Shown: positions 1 to 11,397, numbered from the stretch's first letter. The stretch: 50,859 nucleotides of DNA from Betaproteobacteria bacterium (GCA_005883675.1 VBCM01000194.1:1-50859), one strand, 5' to 3'. Notes: generated by a model not told the origin, from the sequence alone. Numbers and translations: made by a program.

Positions 1-289
1 GGTGGAGCAGTCGCGTTACAACTTCGAGCTCGCGAACGCCGACATGCTGTTTCGCCACTTCGGCGAATACGAGGCCGAGGCAAAGCGCCTCGTCGCCATG
101 CAATGCGTGCTGCCGGCCTACGAGATGGTGCTGCGCTGCTCGCACAGCTTCAACCTGCTCGATGCGCGCGGCGCGATCTCGGTGACCGAGCGCGCCGCGT
201 ACATCGACCGCGTGCGCGCGCTCGCGCGCGCGGTGGCGAAGGCGTATTACGAATCGCGCGAGCGACTGGGCTTTCCGCTCGCCTCATGA
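1..289 (+). CDS. glyQ: Glycine--tRNA ligase alpha subunit, C-terminal part (5' truncated by window)
   Basis: [22 protein letters not shown] motif; directly upstream of glyS. Confidence 0.96.
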   Translation, partial: VEQSRYNFELANADMLFRHFGEYEAEAKRLVAMQCVLPAYEMVLRCSHSFNLLDARGAISVTERAAYIDRVRALARAVAKAYYESRERLGFPLAS

Positions 290-2337
290 CCGGCCGCGCG
301 ACGTTGCTCGTCGAGCTCCTCACCGAGGAGCTGCCGCCGAAATCGCTGCGCGCGCTTTCGGAGGCCTTCGCCGAGCGCTCGCTCGACGCGCTGGGGAAGC
401 TCGCGCTGGCCGATCCGAAATCGGCGCTCGCGGTCTACGCCACACCGCGGCGGCTCGCCTTTGCGATCGCCGATGTGGCCGACAAGGCGCCAGGGCGCGA
501 AATGGAGGTGACCGGTCCTTCCGCCAAGGCGCCGGCCGCGGCGCTGGAGGGCTTCGCGCGCAAGCATGGCCTGAAGCCCGAGCAGCTCGAGCGGCGCGAC
601 ACGCCGAAAGGGCCTGTCGTCCTCGCGCGCGTCCAGGTGAAAGGGGCGCTGCTCGACGAAATGCTCGCACCGCTGCTCGAAGAAGCGCTCAAGGGGCTGC
701 CGATTCCCAAGCTCATGCGCTGGGGCGCGAGCGACGCGCAGTTCGTGCGTCCGGTGCACGGCCTCATAGTGCTCCACGGCTCGCGCGTGGTGCCAGGCAA
801 GGTGCTCGGCGTGAGCGCGGGGCGCATCACGAGCGGACACCGCTTTCTAGGCGAGCGAGCTATCGAGCTGAAAAGCGCGGAGGAGTACGCGTCCCGCCTC
901 GAGCACGACGGCAAGGTGATCGCCGGCTTCGCCGCACGACGCGCGGAAATCGACCGGCAGCTCAAGGAGGCGGCGATCCGGGAACGCGGGAGCCTTGGCG
1001 GCTACGCCGATCTGCTGGACGAGGTGACGGCGCTCGTCGAATACCCGCAGGTCTATGCCGGCGGCTTCGATCGCGCCTTCCTCGAAGTGCCGCCGGAGTG
1101 CCTGATCCTCACCATGCGGCAGAACCAGAAGTATTTCCCGCTCTTTGACAACGCAGGCAAGCTCCTGCCGCGCTTCCTCATCGTCTCCAACATGCGCACG
1201 AGCAACCCCAGCCACATCGTCGCCGGCAATGAACGCGTGGTGCGGCCGCGCCTCGAGGATGCCCGGTTCTTCTATAACCAGGACCGCAAGGTCCGGCTGG
1301 AATCGCGCGTGCCGCCGCTCGCCAAGGTGGTCTATTACGCCAAGCTCGGCAGCATGCTCGATCGCGTCGAGCGCTTGCGCGCCCTCGCCGGGCGCATCGC
1401 CGAGCGCCTGCAGGCCGAGCGCGCGGCTGCGGACCGTGCCGCCTACCTTTGCAAGGCAGATCGCCTGACCGGCATGGTCGGCGAGTTCCCCGAGCTGCAG
1501 GGAGTGATGGGTCGCTATTACGCGCTCAACGACGGTGAGAGCCCGGTGGTGGCGGACGCGATCGCCGAGCACTATCTGCCGGGCTACGCCGGCGACCGCC
1601 TGCCGGTGCATCCGGTGGGCGCCGCGCTCGCGTTGGCGGACAAGCTGGAAGCGCTCGCCGGTTTCTTCAGCATCGGACAGACGCCCACGGGCGAGCGCGA
1701 TCCGTTCGGCCTGCGCCGAGCGGCGCTCGGCGTCATCCGCATCCTGGTGGAGCGCAAGCTCGGGCTCGCGCTCGATGAGCTGCTGGCGGCGGCGCTTGCG
1801 CCATTTGCGGCCGCGAAGTCCACGGTCAACGCGGAGCTGGAAAGCTTCGTTTACGAACGCGCGCGGGGCTATTTTCGCGAGCACGGCTACTCGGCGAACG
1901 AGGTGGAAGCAGTGCTGTGCCTGGCGCCGGCGCGGCTCGATCTCATCCCGAAGCAGCTCGAGGCGGTGCGCGCCTTCGCCGCGCTGCCGGAGGCGGAAAG
2001 CCTGGCCGCGGCGAACAAGCGCATCGGCAACATCCTCAAGCAGGCGGACGCCGTGCCCGCCGGCTTCGACGTCGGACTGATGGTGCTGCCCGAGGAAAAG
2101 AGCCTCGCGAGCACCTTCGGGCGCCTCGAGCCGGACGTAGACCGCGCGTTCCGGGCGCTCGATTACACCGCGGCGCTCAAGGCGCTCGCGACGCTGAAGA
2201 CGCCGGTGGACGCTTTCTTCGACAAGGTGATGGTGATGGACAAGGACCCGCGCGTGCGCGCCAACCGCATCGGCTTTCTCGGTAAGCTGCACGGCACGAT
2301 GAACCGCATCGCCGACCTCTCCAAGCTCGCGACATGA
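286..2337 (+). CDS. glyS: Glycine--tRNA ligase beta subunit
   Basis: [32 protein letters not shown] and DPFGLRR motifs; ATG at 286 overlaps the glyQ stop. Confidence 0.97.
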   Translation: MTGRATLLVELLTEELPPKSLRALSEAFAERSLDALGKLALADPKSALAVYATPRRLAFAIADVADKAPGREMEVTGPSAKAPAAALEGFARKHGLKPEQLERRDTPKGPVVLARVQVKGALLDEMLAPLLEEALKGLPIPKLMRWGASDAQFVRPVHGLIVLHGSRVVPGKVLGVSAGRITSGHRFLGERAIELKSAEEYASRLEHDGKVIAGFAARRAEIDRQLKEAAIRERGSLGGYADLLDEVTALVEYPQVYAGGFDRAFLEVPPECLILTMRQNQKYFPLFDNAGKLLPRFLIVSNMRTSNPSHIVAGNERVVRPRLEDARFFYNQDRKVRLESRVPPLAKVVYYAKLGSMLDRVERLRALAGRIAERLQAERAAADRAAYLCKADRLTGMVGEFPELQGVMGRYYALNDGESPVVADAIAEHYLPGYAGDRLPVHPVGAALALADKLEALAGFFSIGQTPTGERDPFGLRRAALGVIRILVERKLGLALDELLAAALAPFAAAKSTVNAELESFVYERARGYFREHGYSANEVEAVLCLAPARLDLIPKQLEAVRAFAALPEAESLAAANKRIGNILKQADAVPAGFDVGLMVLPEEKSLASTFGRLEPDVDRAFRALDYTAALKALATLKTPVDAFFDKVMVMDKDPRVRANRIGFLGKLHGTMNRIADLSKLAT

Positions 2338-2867
2338 AGCTTGTCATCCTCGATCGCGACGGCACGATCAACCACGACAGCGAGCACTACATCAAGTCGC
2401 TCGAGGAATGGCGGCCGCTCAAGGGCAGCCTGGAAGCGATCGCGCGCCTTACGCAGGCCGGCTATCGCATCGTCGTCGCCACCAACCAGTCCGGCATCGC
2501 GCGCGGGCTCTTTTCGACCCGCACGCTGTTCGATATCCACGACGCCATACAGCGCTCGGCACTCCAGGCGGGCGGGCGCATTGACGCCTTCTTCTTCTGC
2601 CCGCACGCCGCGGACGCCGGCTGCCAGTGCAGAAAGCCCCAGCCGGGGATGCTCCTCGAGGTGGCTCGACGCTTCAACATCGCGCTCGAGGACACCTATA
2701 TGGTGGGCGATGGCTTGCGCGACGTACAGGCCGCCGCGGCGGCGGGTGCGCGCCCGGTGCTCGTGCTTACGGGCAAGGGACAGAAGACGCAAGCGGAAGG
2801 CAAGCTTCCGTCGGGCACGCAGGTCTTTGCCGATCTCGCCGCGTTCGCCGAACACCTGGCTCCATGA
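2334..2867 (+). CDS. gmhB: D-glycero-beta-D-manno-heptose 1,7-bisphosphate phosphatase (HAD family)
   Basis: LDRDGTIN, TNQSGI, CPH...C.CRKP and MVGD motifs; conserved glyQS-gmhB-plsC order. Confidence 0.93.
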   Translation: MKLVILDRDGTINHDSEHYIKSLEEWRPLKGSLEAIARLTQAGYRIVVATNQSGIARGLFSTRTLFDIHDAIQRSALQAGGRIDAFFFCPHAADAGCQCRKPQPGMLLEVARRFNIALEDTYMVGDGLRDVQAAAAAGARPVLVLTGKGQKTQAEGKLPSGTQVFADLAAFAEHLAP

Positions 2868-3518
2868 CGTGGCTGCGCTCGGGCCTCTTTGCGCTCGCGC
2901 AGCTCCTCGTCACGCCGCCCTATGCGCTCATCGCCCTCGCCACGTTTCCGCTGCCGCGCATGTGGCGCTATCGCATCATCTCCGGGTGGTCGCGGCTCAA
3001 CATCTGGCTCGCGCGCGCTCTGCTCGGCATCGATTGGCGGGTCGAGGGGCGCGAGCATCTGCCCGATCGGCCGGCGGTCATCCTGGCGAAGCACCAGTCG
3101 GCGTGGGAGACGATGGCTTTCCAGCTCATCTTTCCGCCCCAGGTGCTTGTGCTCAAGCGAGAGCTGCTGTGGATCCCGTTCTTCGGCTGGGGGCTCGCGC
3201 TGATGAGCCCGATCGCCATCGACCGCTCGCGTGGCATGACGGCGCTGCGCGCGATCGCCCGGCGCGGCCGCGAGCGGCTCGCGCAGGGCTTCTGGGTGGT
3301 GATCTTCCCAGAGGGAACGCGCGTGCGGCCCGGTGAACGGCGCGCTTATCAGCTTGGCGGCGCGTGGCCTTTTCTGGCCGCGCAACGCCTTCCTCAAGCG
3401 TCCCGGGACCATCACGGTGCGCATCGGACCGTGCATCGACGCGGCCAGCCGCGATGCGAAGGCGGTGAACCAACTGGCGGAAGCATGGATCGAGGAACAA
3501 CAGAAGGCGCTCTGCTGA
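2864..3518 (+). pseudogene. plsC: 1-acyl-sn-glycerol-3-phosphate acyltransferase, broken near 3367 by an apparent short deletion plus frameshift (real or assembly error)
   Basis: KHQSAWET and IFPEGTR in one frame; the C-terminal GLFWPRNAFLKRPGTITVRIGP is in another frame ending at 3518; the usual PVVPVAHNA-like segment is absent. Confidence 0.8.
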
Positions 3519-4204
3519 TCGAGCTCGGCGGGCGGCTGATCGAATACCGCTTCGCGCGCCGGCGGCGCCGCATGCTCGCCATCACGGTGGACGCGGCGGG
3601 CCTCAGGGTATCGGCGCCGTTGCGCGCTCCGTGGCGGGAGATCGAGGCGTTCCTGCGCGACAAGGAGCGCTGGATCCTGCGTAAGCTCGACGCGTGGTCG
3701 CGCGTGCCGCGCGCGCCGGTGCTGCACGGCGTGAGCGGCGAGACGCTGCCCCTCTTCGGCATCCCGGCAACGCTGGAAGTGCGCCCCGGCCGCCGCCGCG
3801 TGGAGGAGCACGACGGGCGGCTCGTGGTGCATGCCCGCACGCGGGCGCTCGACGTGCTCACCGCCTGGCTTAAGCATCGCGCGCTCGACGCCTTGGCGCC
3901 GCGCACCGCCCATTACGCCGCCGTGCTCGGCGTGCCGGCGCCGCGCGTCACGCTCTCGAACGCGCGCACGCAGTGGGGCGTCTGCACCGAAGGCGGCGCC
4001 ATCCGGCTCTCATGGCGCCTGGTGCACGTCGAGCCGCGCCTCGCCGATTACGTCGTTGCGCACGAGGTCGCCCACCTCGTGGAGATGAACCATTCGCGCC
4101 GCTTCTGGGGACTGCTCGCGTGGCTCCACCCCGACTGGCGCGAAGCGCGCGAGCGCCTCGAGCTCGCCGCCGCCACCCTTCCCGTCCTGAAAGGCACCCG
4201 ATGA
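3485..4204 (+). CDS. M48/YgjP-like (DUF45, SprT-like) zinc metalloprotein
   Basis: RTQWGVC, LSWRL and [19 protein letters not shown] (HExxH) motifs; start uncertain. Confidence 0.85.
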   Translation: MDRGTTEGALLIELGGRLIEYRFARRRRRMLAITVDAAGLRVSAPLRAPWREIEAFLRDKERWILRKLDAWSRVPRAPVLHGVSGETLPLFGIPATLEVRPGRRRVEEHDGRLVVHARTRALDVLTAWLKHRALDALAPRTAHYAAVLGVPAPRVTLSNARTQWGVCTEGGAIRLSWRLVHVEPRLADYVVAHEVAHLVEMNHSRRFWGLLAWLHPDWREARERLELAAATLPVLKGTR

Positions 4205-4584
4205 GAATCCTGCACACCATGCTGCGCGTTGGAAACATGGAGCGCTCGGTCAAGTTCTACACCCAGATCCTCGGCATGAAGCTCCTGCGCACCACCGAGC
4301 GCCCCGAGCAGAAATACTCGCTCGCCTTCGTCGGCTACGACGACGAGAAGCGCTCCGCGGTGCTCGAGCTCACGTACAACTATGGCGTGGAGCGCTATGA
4401 GCTCGGCAGCGCCTTCGGCCATGTCGCCATCGCCGTGCCGGACGTGAAGCAGGCCTGCGAGCGCGTGCGCGCGAGCGGCGGCAAGGTAACGCGCGAGCCC
4501 GGCCCGGTGAAGGGCGGGACTTCGGTGATCGCCTTCGTCGAGGACCCCGACGGCTACAAGCTCGAGTTCATCGAGACCGCCTGA
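4201..4584 (+). CDS. gloA: Lactoylglutathione lyase (glyoxalase I)
   Basis: [22 protein letters not shown] and EDPDGYKLE motifs. Confidence 0.96.
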   Translation: MRILHTMLRVGNMERSVKFYTQILGMKLLRTTERPEQKYSLAFVGYDDEKRSAVLELTYNYGVERYELGSAFGHVAIAVPDVKQACERVRASGGKVTREPGPVKGGTSVIAFVEDPDGYKLEFIETA

Positions 4585-5323
4585 AGGCGCTGATGCGCGC
4601 ATAGTCGGCGGGCGACAGGTCCTCCGGCCGCAGCCGCGCATCGATCCCGAGCCGCTCGTAATCGCCCGGCGCTAGCGGCAGCGCATTGCGCAATTGCTTG
4701 CGCCGCGCCGAGAACGCCCGGCGCAGGAGCTCCTCGTCGATCGCGAGCATCGCCTCGAGCGGCCGCAGGCGCACGACGGCCGATTCCACCTTGGGCGGCG
4801 GCCGGAACGCGCCTTTTGAAACGGTAAACAACTTCTGCATCGCAAAGCGCGCCTGTAACGCGACCGAAAGGCGCCCATACTCGGCGGTGCCGGACGCTGC
4901 CACCATGCGCTCGACCACCTCGAGCTGGAGCATGAAATGCATGTCGCGGACCCGATCGGCGTACGCGGCCAGATGAAAAAGCAGCGGGGTGGAAATGTTG
5001 TACGGCAGGTTGCCCACCAAGCGCATCCCGGCGGGAAAGCGGCCGAAGTCGTATTCGAGCGCATCGGCGCAATGCACGGTCAGCTGGTACGGCGGAAAGC
5101 GCGCGGCAAGCGCCGCCGCTAGGTCGCGGTCGAGCTCGATGGCTTCCAGCTTCCCCACCCGCTCGATGAGCGGCGCGCTGAGCGCGCCTTCGCCCGGCCC
5201 GATCTCGACCAGCACATCGCCCGGCTGCGGCGCGATGGCCTCGACGATACGCGCGCGGACGCGCGGGTCGTGCAGGAAGTGCTGCCCGAACCTTTTACGT
5301 GGACGATGCGAGCTCGATCGCAA
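4568..5323 (-). CDS. rsmA: 16S rRNA m6(2)A1518/1519 dimethyltransferase
   Basis: [26 protein letters not shown] and [10 protein letters not shown] motifs; no ATG near the expected start, so TTG at 5323 was used. Confidence 0.93.
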   Translation of the reverse strand: MRSSSHRPRKRFGQHFLHDPRVRARIVEAIAPQPGDVLVEIGPGEGALSAPLIERVGKLEAIELDRDLAAALAARFPPYQLTVHCADALEYDFGRFPAGMRLVGNLPYNISTPLLFHLAAYADRVRDMHFMLQLEVVERMVAASGTAEYGRLSVALQARFAMQKLFTVSKGAFRPPPKVESAVVRLRPLEAMLAIDEELLRRAFSARRKQLRNALPLAPGDYERLGIDARLRPEDLSPADYARISAFRRSR

Positions 5324-6206
5324 GCTCGAGCGCCTCGCGCAGGCTGCCCGCGTCCGCGCGCCCGCTGCCGGCGATGTCGAGCGCGGTGCCGTGATCGACC
5401 GAGGTGCGCACGAACGGCAGCCCAAGCGTAATGTTCACGCCGCGGCCGAAGGACGCGTACTTCAGCACCGGCAGGCCCTGGTCGTGATACATGGCGAGCA
5501 CCGCATCGGCGTCTTTCAGCCGCTCGGGCACGAACAGCGTATCGGCCGGTATCGGCCCGCTCGCCTCGATGCCCGCCGCGCGGGCGGCGGCGATCGCCGG
5601 CGCGATGACATCGGCGTCCTCATGGCCGAGGTGGCCCGACTCGCCGCTATGGGGATTGAGGCCGGCGACCAGGATGCGCGGGCGGGCGATGCGAAAGCGC
5701 CGGCGCAGATCGGCGTCGAGCACACGCAGCGTCCTGCCCAGTGATTCGCCGGTGATCGCACGCGGTACGTCCGCCAGCGGCAGGTGCGTGGTCGCCAGGG
5801 CCACGCGCAGGCCGCCGCCCACCAGCATCATCACAACGTGCTCGGCGCCCGCCGCCTGGGCCAGGTATTCGGTGTGGCCGATGAACGCAATGCCGGCGTC
5901 GTTGATCACGCTCTTTTGCACCGGCGCAGTGACCATCGCTGCGTACTCGCCGGCGAGGCACCCGCGGATCGCACGGTCGAGGACAGCGAGCACGTACCGG
6001 GCATTGCCCGCATCCAGCTTGCCCGGCGTTGCCGGGCGGGTAAGCGGCACGTGCTCGATGCGCGGGCAGCCGCCGAGAAGCCCACGATCGCCAATGACAA
6101 CCAGCTGCGCGCCGCGCGCCTCGCGTGCGACGCGCACGCAGAGCTCGGGACCGACGCCGGCGGGCTCGCCGGAAGCAAGCGCGATGAGCGGCTTAGCGTT
6201 CGTCAA
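5295..6206 (-). CDS. pdxA: 4-hydroxythreonine-4-phosphate dehydrogenase
   Basis: GEPAGVGPE, GHTEYL, GLNPHSGE, MYHDQGL and RTSVDHGTA motifs. Confidence 0.96.
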   Translation of the reverse strand: MTNAKPLIALASGEPAGVGPELCVRVAREARGAQLVVIGDRGLLGGCPRIEHVPLTRPATPGKLDAGNARYVLAVLDRAIRGCLAGEYAAMVTAPVQKSVINDAGIAFIGHTEYLAQAAGAEHVVMMLVGGGLRVALATTHLPLADVPRAITGESLGRTLRVLDADLRRRFRIARPRILVAGLNPHSGESGHLGHEDADVIAPAIAAARAAGIEASGPIPADTLFVPERLKDADAVLAMYHDQGLPVLKYASFGRGVNITLGLPFVRTSVDHGTALDIAGSGRADAGSLREALELAIELASST

Positions 6207-7482
6207 GCCGCAGCTCGACGTAGGTCTGGTCGCGCAGCTGCCGCAGCCATTCCTGGTACGCCTCGTCGGCCTTGCGCTCGCGCAGCGCCTGCCGGGCTTG
6301 CAAGCGCTTGCGCTCGGGGGAGAGATCGCTCGAGCGCCGCTCGAGCACCTGGATCAGGTGGTAGCCGAAGGGCGTGCGCACGGGCTGGCTGACCTCGGCC
6401 ACTTTCAGCTCCTGATAGGCGCGCTCGAACTCGGGCACCGTGTCGCCCGGATAGACCCAGTCGAGCTCGCCGCCGCGCGCCGCGGTGCCATCGTCGGAGT
6501 TGGCGCGCGCGAGCTCGGCAAAATCGGCGCCGCCGCTCACAATGCGTTCGCGCAGGTCGAGAAGCTTGCGGCGAGCCTCGGCCTCGGAGACCGCCTCGTT
6601 CGTACGGATGAGGATGTGCCGCAGCCGCGTCTGCACTACCGGCGCTTGGGCGTCCGTGCCGCGGCGCTCGACGAGCTGCACGATGTGGAAGCCCGCAGGG
6701 CTGCGCAGCGGCTCGCTGATGTCGCCGGGCTTCATCTTCGCGAGCGCGTCGGCGAAGAGCTCGGGCAGCCGCTCGTGGTTGCGCCAGCCGAGCGCGCCAC
6801 CCTGCAGCGCATCAGGGGCGTCGGAGTACGCCGCGGCGACGCGCGCGAACGGCGCGCCGCTGCGCACCTCGGCCACCGCCTGCTCGGCTCGGCTGCGCGC
6901 CTGGCGGATGCGCTCGGGGCTCGCGCCCTCGGGCACGCGCACGAGGATATGGGCGAGGTTGTACTCCGCGCCCTCGTCGGGGCGGTTCTTCAGCTGCTCG
7001 AGGAAGAGATCCACCTCGGTGTCGCTCACCTGCACGCGGTTCTCCACCTCGCGCTCGCGCAGCCGCGTCAGGATCATCTGCTGGCGCACTTCGTTGCGCC
7101 AGGCGTCGAAGGCGACACCGTCGCCTTCCAGCGCCCGACGGAAATCGGCGAGCGTCATGTTGTTCGACTGCGCGATGCGCTCGACCGCGCGGTCGAGCTG
7201 CAGCTCGTCGATGCGGATGCCGGTCTCGCGCGCGAGCTGCAATTGGGCCTTGTCGAGGATCAGCCGCTCGAGCATCTGCCGCTCGAGCACCGCGCGCTCG
7301 GGCGCGGGCGTGCCCTGCCGGCGCAGTTGCCGCTCGGCCATGCCCACCGCCTCGTTCAGCTCCGAGTACGTGACGACGTCCTTGTTCACCACCGCGACGA
7401 TGCGGTCGACGAGGGTGACGGCAGGCGCGGCGCCGGCGAACAGCGCCGTAGCGGCGGCGACGATGAGGATGAGCTTTCGCAT
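6193..7482 (-). CDS. surA: Periplasmic chaperone/PPIase SurA
   Basis: Signal peptide, DRIVAVVN, two parvulin domains (HILV/HILI, GG.L.W, G[FY]H); lptD-surA-pdxA-rsmA order. Confidence 0.95.
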   Translation of the reverse strand: MRKLILIVAAATALFAGAAPAVTLVDRIVAVVNKDVVTYSELNEAVGMAERQLRRQGTPAPERAVLERQMLERLILDKAQLQLARETGIRIDELQLDRAVERIAQSNNMTLADFRRALEGDGVAFDAWRNEVRQQMILTRLREREVENRVQVSDTEVDLFLEQLKNRPDEGAEYNLAHILVRVPEGASPERIRQARSRAEQAVAEVRSGAPFARVAAAYSDAPDALQGGALGWRNHERLPELFADALAKMKPGDISEPLRSPAGFHIVQLVERRGTDAQAPVVQTRLRHILIRTNEAVSEAEARRKLLDLRERIVSGGADFAELARANSDDGTAARGGELDWVYPGDTVPEFERAYQELKVAEVSQPVRTPFGYHLIQVLERRSSDLSPERKRLQARQALRERKADEAYQEWLRQLRDQTYVELRLDER

Positions 7483-9690
7483 CTAGAAGACCTGTTCGAA
7501 CGGCAGCTGCGAGCGGGCGCTCGGCGGCGCGAGCGCCGGATCGACGCGGTTGATCACGGAATAGCCCGGTACATCCCTTCTCAATAGCTGCACCGCTTCG
7601 GCGGTGCCGATCTGTCCCACGCCGGTGAACTCGAGCTGGAAGATGAGCGCCGTCGAGGTCACCTGCGATGCCGCCTGCAGCCGTTGCACGACGAAGCGGA
7701 ACACCCAGCAGCCCGCGTTGTATTCGGCGCCGGCCAGGCCTTCGAGCAGCCGCCGGTCGAAGAACGAGTAATTGTAGCGTCCGACGGCGTACCAGCCGGC
7801 CGCCACCGGCCACTGTCCCGAGAGATCGAGCTGGCGCAGGAGATCGCGCTGGAAGCGATAGCTGGCATTGAAGACCTTGGCGACCTGCGGCGCGTAGCGC
7901 ATGCCGATGCTGTAGCGCTCGACGCGGTGGTCGTAGGGATTGTATTGGGTGGTGGCGTCGAAGGTGAGGCGCTGCTGCAGCCGGCCGCCAATCGAAGCCA
8001 GCACGTCCGATTCCCTCGCCACCCTTAAGGTCGAGCCCTCGGCGAGCGCCACCCGCTCGTTGCGGAAATAGAAGCGCTGCCCGAGCGTGCCGCGCAGGAG
8101 CTCCTGGCCGTCGGCCTGCAGAAAGCGGGTGGTGACCGCGAGCGTCGCCTGGTTCGCATCGCCGAAGCGATCACCGCCGACGAAGCGGTTCTCGGTGAAG
8201 AGCTGCGGGTAGTTGAAGTCGGCGAGCGCAGTATCGAAAACCGGGATGTGGTCCTGGTTGTGGTAGGGCGCGTACACGTAGAACAGGCGCGGCTCGAGCG
8301 TCTGGGTGAGCGAGCGGCCGGAGAGGCTCGTGCTTCGCTCGAACACGAGCCCGCTGTCCAGGCTCGCCCATGGCACGGCCACCGAAGGATTGTTCGGCTC
8401 ACCGGCGGTGGACTGGTCGAGCTGGTAGCCCGCATAGCGCAAGCCCGTCTTCGGCGTCACGAACCAGCCGGGCGCGATGCGCGGCATGCTGAGGACCGGA
8501 TTGAAGCTCGAGCGCGAGCCCTCGACCATCGTCGGATGGACGAAGCGCACGTATTCGCCGGGGAGCGACGTGTCGAAGCGCCCCGCGAGGTCGTTGTAGG
8601 AGGCGGTGGCATTGAGTTGCGGCACTCGGTGATACGGCGGCACGATCGGCGCGAGCGGGTCCTGTAACGTCTGGAATTTCTGCACGCGAACTTGCGTGCT
8701 GTAGGTCCCGGCGGCCGGCAAGCTGCCCGTACGGGTGACGTAAGCGTCCTGCGGCAGGTTGCCGACCGAAACCTGCTTCACCTGGCTCGCGAGGTCGACG
8801 AAATAGCGGTCGTCCGAGACCTTGTTGTAATCGACGTTGGCAGTCAGACCGGGCCGGAAGGTCTGTAAGTGCTGCCACGAAAGGCCGGTGCGCGTGGCGC
8901 CGAACACCGGGTCGTGCGGCAGATACTCGTAGCGCAGCTCGCCCGCGTACGGGCGCTCGAGATAGCGGAAGTGATTCTTGAGCTGGAAGCCGCGGCGCAC
9001 CATGTAGACCGGCGTGAAGGTGGCGTCGCGCTCCGGCGCGATGTTCCAGTAATACGGGATGCCGAATTCCAGCCCGCGCGTGCTCGTCTGCGAGTAGTAC
9101 GGCGTGAGCAGGCCGCTGCGGCGGCGGTTCTCGAGCGGAAATGTCGCATACGGAGCCGCGATGATCGTGTGGTCGAAGAAGCGCAGCCGCGGGTGGTTAG
9201 CCTTGCCCTCGTCGACCTCGTAGTCGAGCTCGAGCTGCGTTGCCTCGAGAAACCAGTCGTCCTGCCCGGGTTGGCAGGTGGTGAAGCGCGCGTTGAACAA
9301 GCGGTAATGGTTCGGGCCGAGAAACTCCATGCGCTCGGCCGCGCCGCGCGCCGGCCGCTCGCGCTGCAGCAGAAAGCCGGGACTGTCGAACGTGCCGGTA
9401 TCCTCGAGCGTGTTGTACTCGAGGGTGGGCCCGAAGAAACGGTCGACGCCGCTTTGCAGCCGCACGCCGCCGGTGCCCTCGAGCTCGCCGAACTCGCGGT
9501 TGTAGCGCAGGAACTCGCCAAACACCGACACCTCGCCGCGGCGGATCTCGGCCGCGCCGCGCGCGCTCACCTCGAGGTCGCTCACGCCCTCGATCTTCTG
9601 CGCATCGATGGTGGTCGATTCCGACTGCTGCCCGAGCGCGCTTCCCGCGGCGGCCAGCGCGATCGCCAGCGTCGCGAGGCGGGATGACAT
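7483..9690 (-). CDS. lptD: LPS assembly outer-membrane protein LptD
   Basis: Signal peptide, FTTC, RRSGLL.P, PYYWNIAP, TLEPRLFY, ENRF.GGDR.GDANQ and GCW motifs. Confidence 0.95.
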   Translation of the reverse strand: MSSRLATLAIALAAAGSALGQQSESTTIDAQKIEGVSDLEVSARGAAEIRRGEVSVFGEFLRYNREFGELEGTGGVRLQSGVDRFFGPTLEYNTLEDTGTFDSPGFLLQRERPARGAAERMEFLGPNHYRLFNARFTTCQPGQDDWFLEATQLELDYEVDEGKANHPRLRFFDHTIIAAPYATFPLENRRRSGLLTPYYSQTSTRGLEFGIPYYWNIAPERDATFTPVYMVRRGFQLKNHFRYLERPYAGELRYEYLPHDPVFGATRTGLSWQHLQTFRPGLTANVDYNKVSDDRYFVDLASQVKQVSVGNLPQDAYVTRTGSLPAAGTYSTQVRVQKFQTLQDPLAPIVPPYHRVPQLNATASYNDLAGRFDTSLPGEYVRFVHPTMVEGSRSSFNPVLSMPRIAPGWFVTPKTGLRYAGYQLDQSTAGEPNNPSVAVPWASLDSGLVFERSTSLSGRSLTQTLEPRLFYVYAPYHNQDHIPVFDTALADFNYPQLFTENRFVGGDRFGDANQATLAVTTRFLQADGQELLRGTLGQRFYFRNERVALAEGSTLRVARESDVLASIGGRLQQRLTFDATTQYNPYDHRVERYSIGMRYAPQVAKVFNASYRFQRDLLRQLDLSGQWPVAAGWYAVGRYNYSFFDRRLLEGLAGAEYNAGCWVFRFVVQRLQAASQVTSTALIFQLEFTGVGQIGTAEAVQLLRRDVPGYSVINRVDPALAPPSARSQLPFEQVF

Positions 9691-9715
9691 CGGCGGCTAG
9701 AGCGCTCTTAGTCGG

Positions 9716-10723
9716 ATGTTAGAATTTTCAATCATACACGCCGACGATCGTCGCTCGCGCCTCGAGCGCTGGCTATACGAGGTACTGCGCGCCGAGCTGC
9801 GCGGCGCGCGCTTCACGCTCACGCCGGCATCCGAAGACGCGAGCTTCCGCCGCTACTTCCGCGCCACGCTCGACGATGGCCGCAGCTACGTGATCATGGA
9901 TGCGCCTCCGCAGCAGGAGGACTGCCGGCCGTTCGTGCACGTCGCGCGGCTGCTGCAGGAGGCGGGCGTGCATGCGCCGCAGGTGCATGCCGCGGACCTT
10001 GCAGCCGGCTTTCTCCTGCTGTCCGATCTTGGAACGCGTACCTACCTCGGTGAGCTCAATGCCGCGAACGCGGACACGCTGATGCATGATGCGACCGATG
10101 CGCTCGTGCGCTGGCAGCTCGCGACGCGGCAAGGCGAGCTGCCGCCCTATGACGAAGCGCTCCTGCGGCGCGAAATGAACCTCTTTCCCGAGTGGTACGT
10201 CGCATGCCACCGCGGCAAGACCTTGGCCGGCGCGCAGGCACAGGCGCTGGAAGGCATCTTCGCGACGCTGGTGAAGAGCGCGCTCGCGCAGCCTGCGGTA
10301 TACGTGCATCGCGACTATATGCCGCGCAATCTCATGCTGACAGAGCCCAATCCAGGCGTGCTCGACTTCCAGGACGCGGTGATCGGGCCGATCAGCTACG
10401 ACATGGTCTCGCTCGTGCGCGATGCGTTCATCAGCTGGGATGAGGAGCGCGTGCTCGACTGGAGCGTGCGCTATTGGGAAAAGGCGCGCGCCGCGCGCCT
10501 GCCGGTGCCCGGCGATTTCGCCGAGTTCTGGCGTGCGTTCGAGTGGATGGGGCTGCAGCGGCACCTGAAGGTGCTCGGCATTTTCGCGCGCATCAATTAC
10601 CGTGACGGCAAGCCCAAGTATCTGGAGGACACGCCGCGCTTTCTCGGCTATGCGCGGGCGGTCGCCGAGCGCTATCGCGAGCTCGCGCCGCTTGCGCGCT
10701 TGCTGGACGAAGTCGCGGCATGA
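9716..10723 (+). CDS. amgK: Anomeric MurNAc/GlcNAc kinase (APH-like phosphotransferase)
   Basis: DASFRRYFR, MDAPP, HRDYMPRNLM, LDFQDA and QRHLKVLGIFAR motifs; paired with murU, divergent from lptD; start uncertain. Confidence 0.88.
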   Translation: MLEFSIIHADDRRSRLERWLYEVLRAELRGARFTLTPASEDASFRRYFRATLDDGRSYVIMDAPPQQEDCRPFVHVARLLQEAGVHAPQVHAADLAAGFLLLSDLGTRTYLGELNAANADTLMHDATDALVRWQLATRQGELPPYDEALLRREMNLFPEWYVACHRGKTLAGAQAQALEGIFATLVKSALAQPAVYVHRDYMPRNLMLTEPNPGVLDFQDAVIGPISYDMVSLVRDAFISWDEERVLDWSVRYWEKARAARLPVPGDFAEFWRAFEWMGLQRHLKVLGIFARINYRDGKPKYLEDTPRFLGYARAVAERYRELAPLARLLDEVAA

Positions 10724-11397
10724 AAGCGATGCTGCTTGCCGCCGGGCGCGGCGAGCGGCTGCGGCCGCTCACCGAGCACACGCCGAAGGCGCTGGTCGCA
10801 GTCGGCGGCAAGCCGCTGATGGGCTGGCACCTCGAGCGCCTGGCGGCGGCGGGTTGCCGGGAGGCGGTGATCAACGTCTCGCACCTCGCCCAGCAAATCA
10901 TCGACTATGTCGCCGACGGCCAGCGTTTCGGGCTCAGCGTGCGCTATTCGCGCGAAGCCGAGCCGCTCGAGACCGCGGGCGGCATCGCGACCGCGCTGCC
11001 GCTCCTTGGCAGCGCGCCATTTCTCCTCGTTAACGCCGACATCTATTGCGAAGTGCCGTTCCGGCCGCTGCTCGCCCACCCGCTCGGCGGCATGCTCGCC
11101 CATCTCGTGCTGGTGCCGAATCCGCCGCACCGCCCGCAGGGCGATTTTTCGCTCGCTGCAGGCCACGTCGGCACCGCCAGCGCGCCGCGCTACACTTATG
11201 CCGGCGTCGCCGTGATGTCGCCGCAACTTGTCGGATCGGTGAAGCGCGGCGAAAAGGCGCCGCTTGCGCCGCACTTGTACCGCGCCGCCGGGCAGGAGCG
11301 GCTCTCCGGCGAATTGTTCACGGGACTCTGGCAGGACGTGGGCACGCCCGAGCGCGTCGCCGAGCTCGCAGCACAACTTGCATCGCGAACATCATGA
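10720..11397 (+). CDS. murU: MurNAc alpha-1-phosphate uridylyltransferase
   Basis: MKAMLLAAGRGERLRPLT..PK, LETAGGI and W.DVGTPER motifs. Confidence 0.9.
   Translation: MKAMLLAAGRGERLRPLTEHTPKALVAVGGKPLMGWHLERLAAAGCREAVINVSHLAQQIIDYVADGQRFGLSVRYSREAEPLETAGGIATALPLLGSAPFLLVNADIYCEVPFRPLLAHPLGGMLAHLVLVPNPPHRPQGDFSLAAGHVGTASAPRYTYAGVAVMSPQLVGSVKRGEKAPLAPHLYRAAGQERLSGELFTGLWQDVGTPERVAELAAQLASRTS

Noticed and set aside
2627-4204. 525-aa PlsC-M48 fusion, or a programmed frameshift at CCTTTTC
   Set aside because: The real PlsC C-terminus exists in another frame and a conserved segment is missing, which a simple ribosomal frameshift would not restore.
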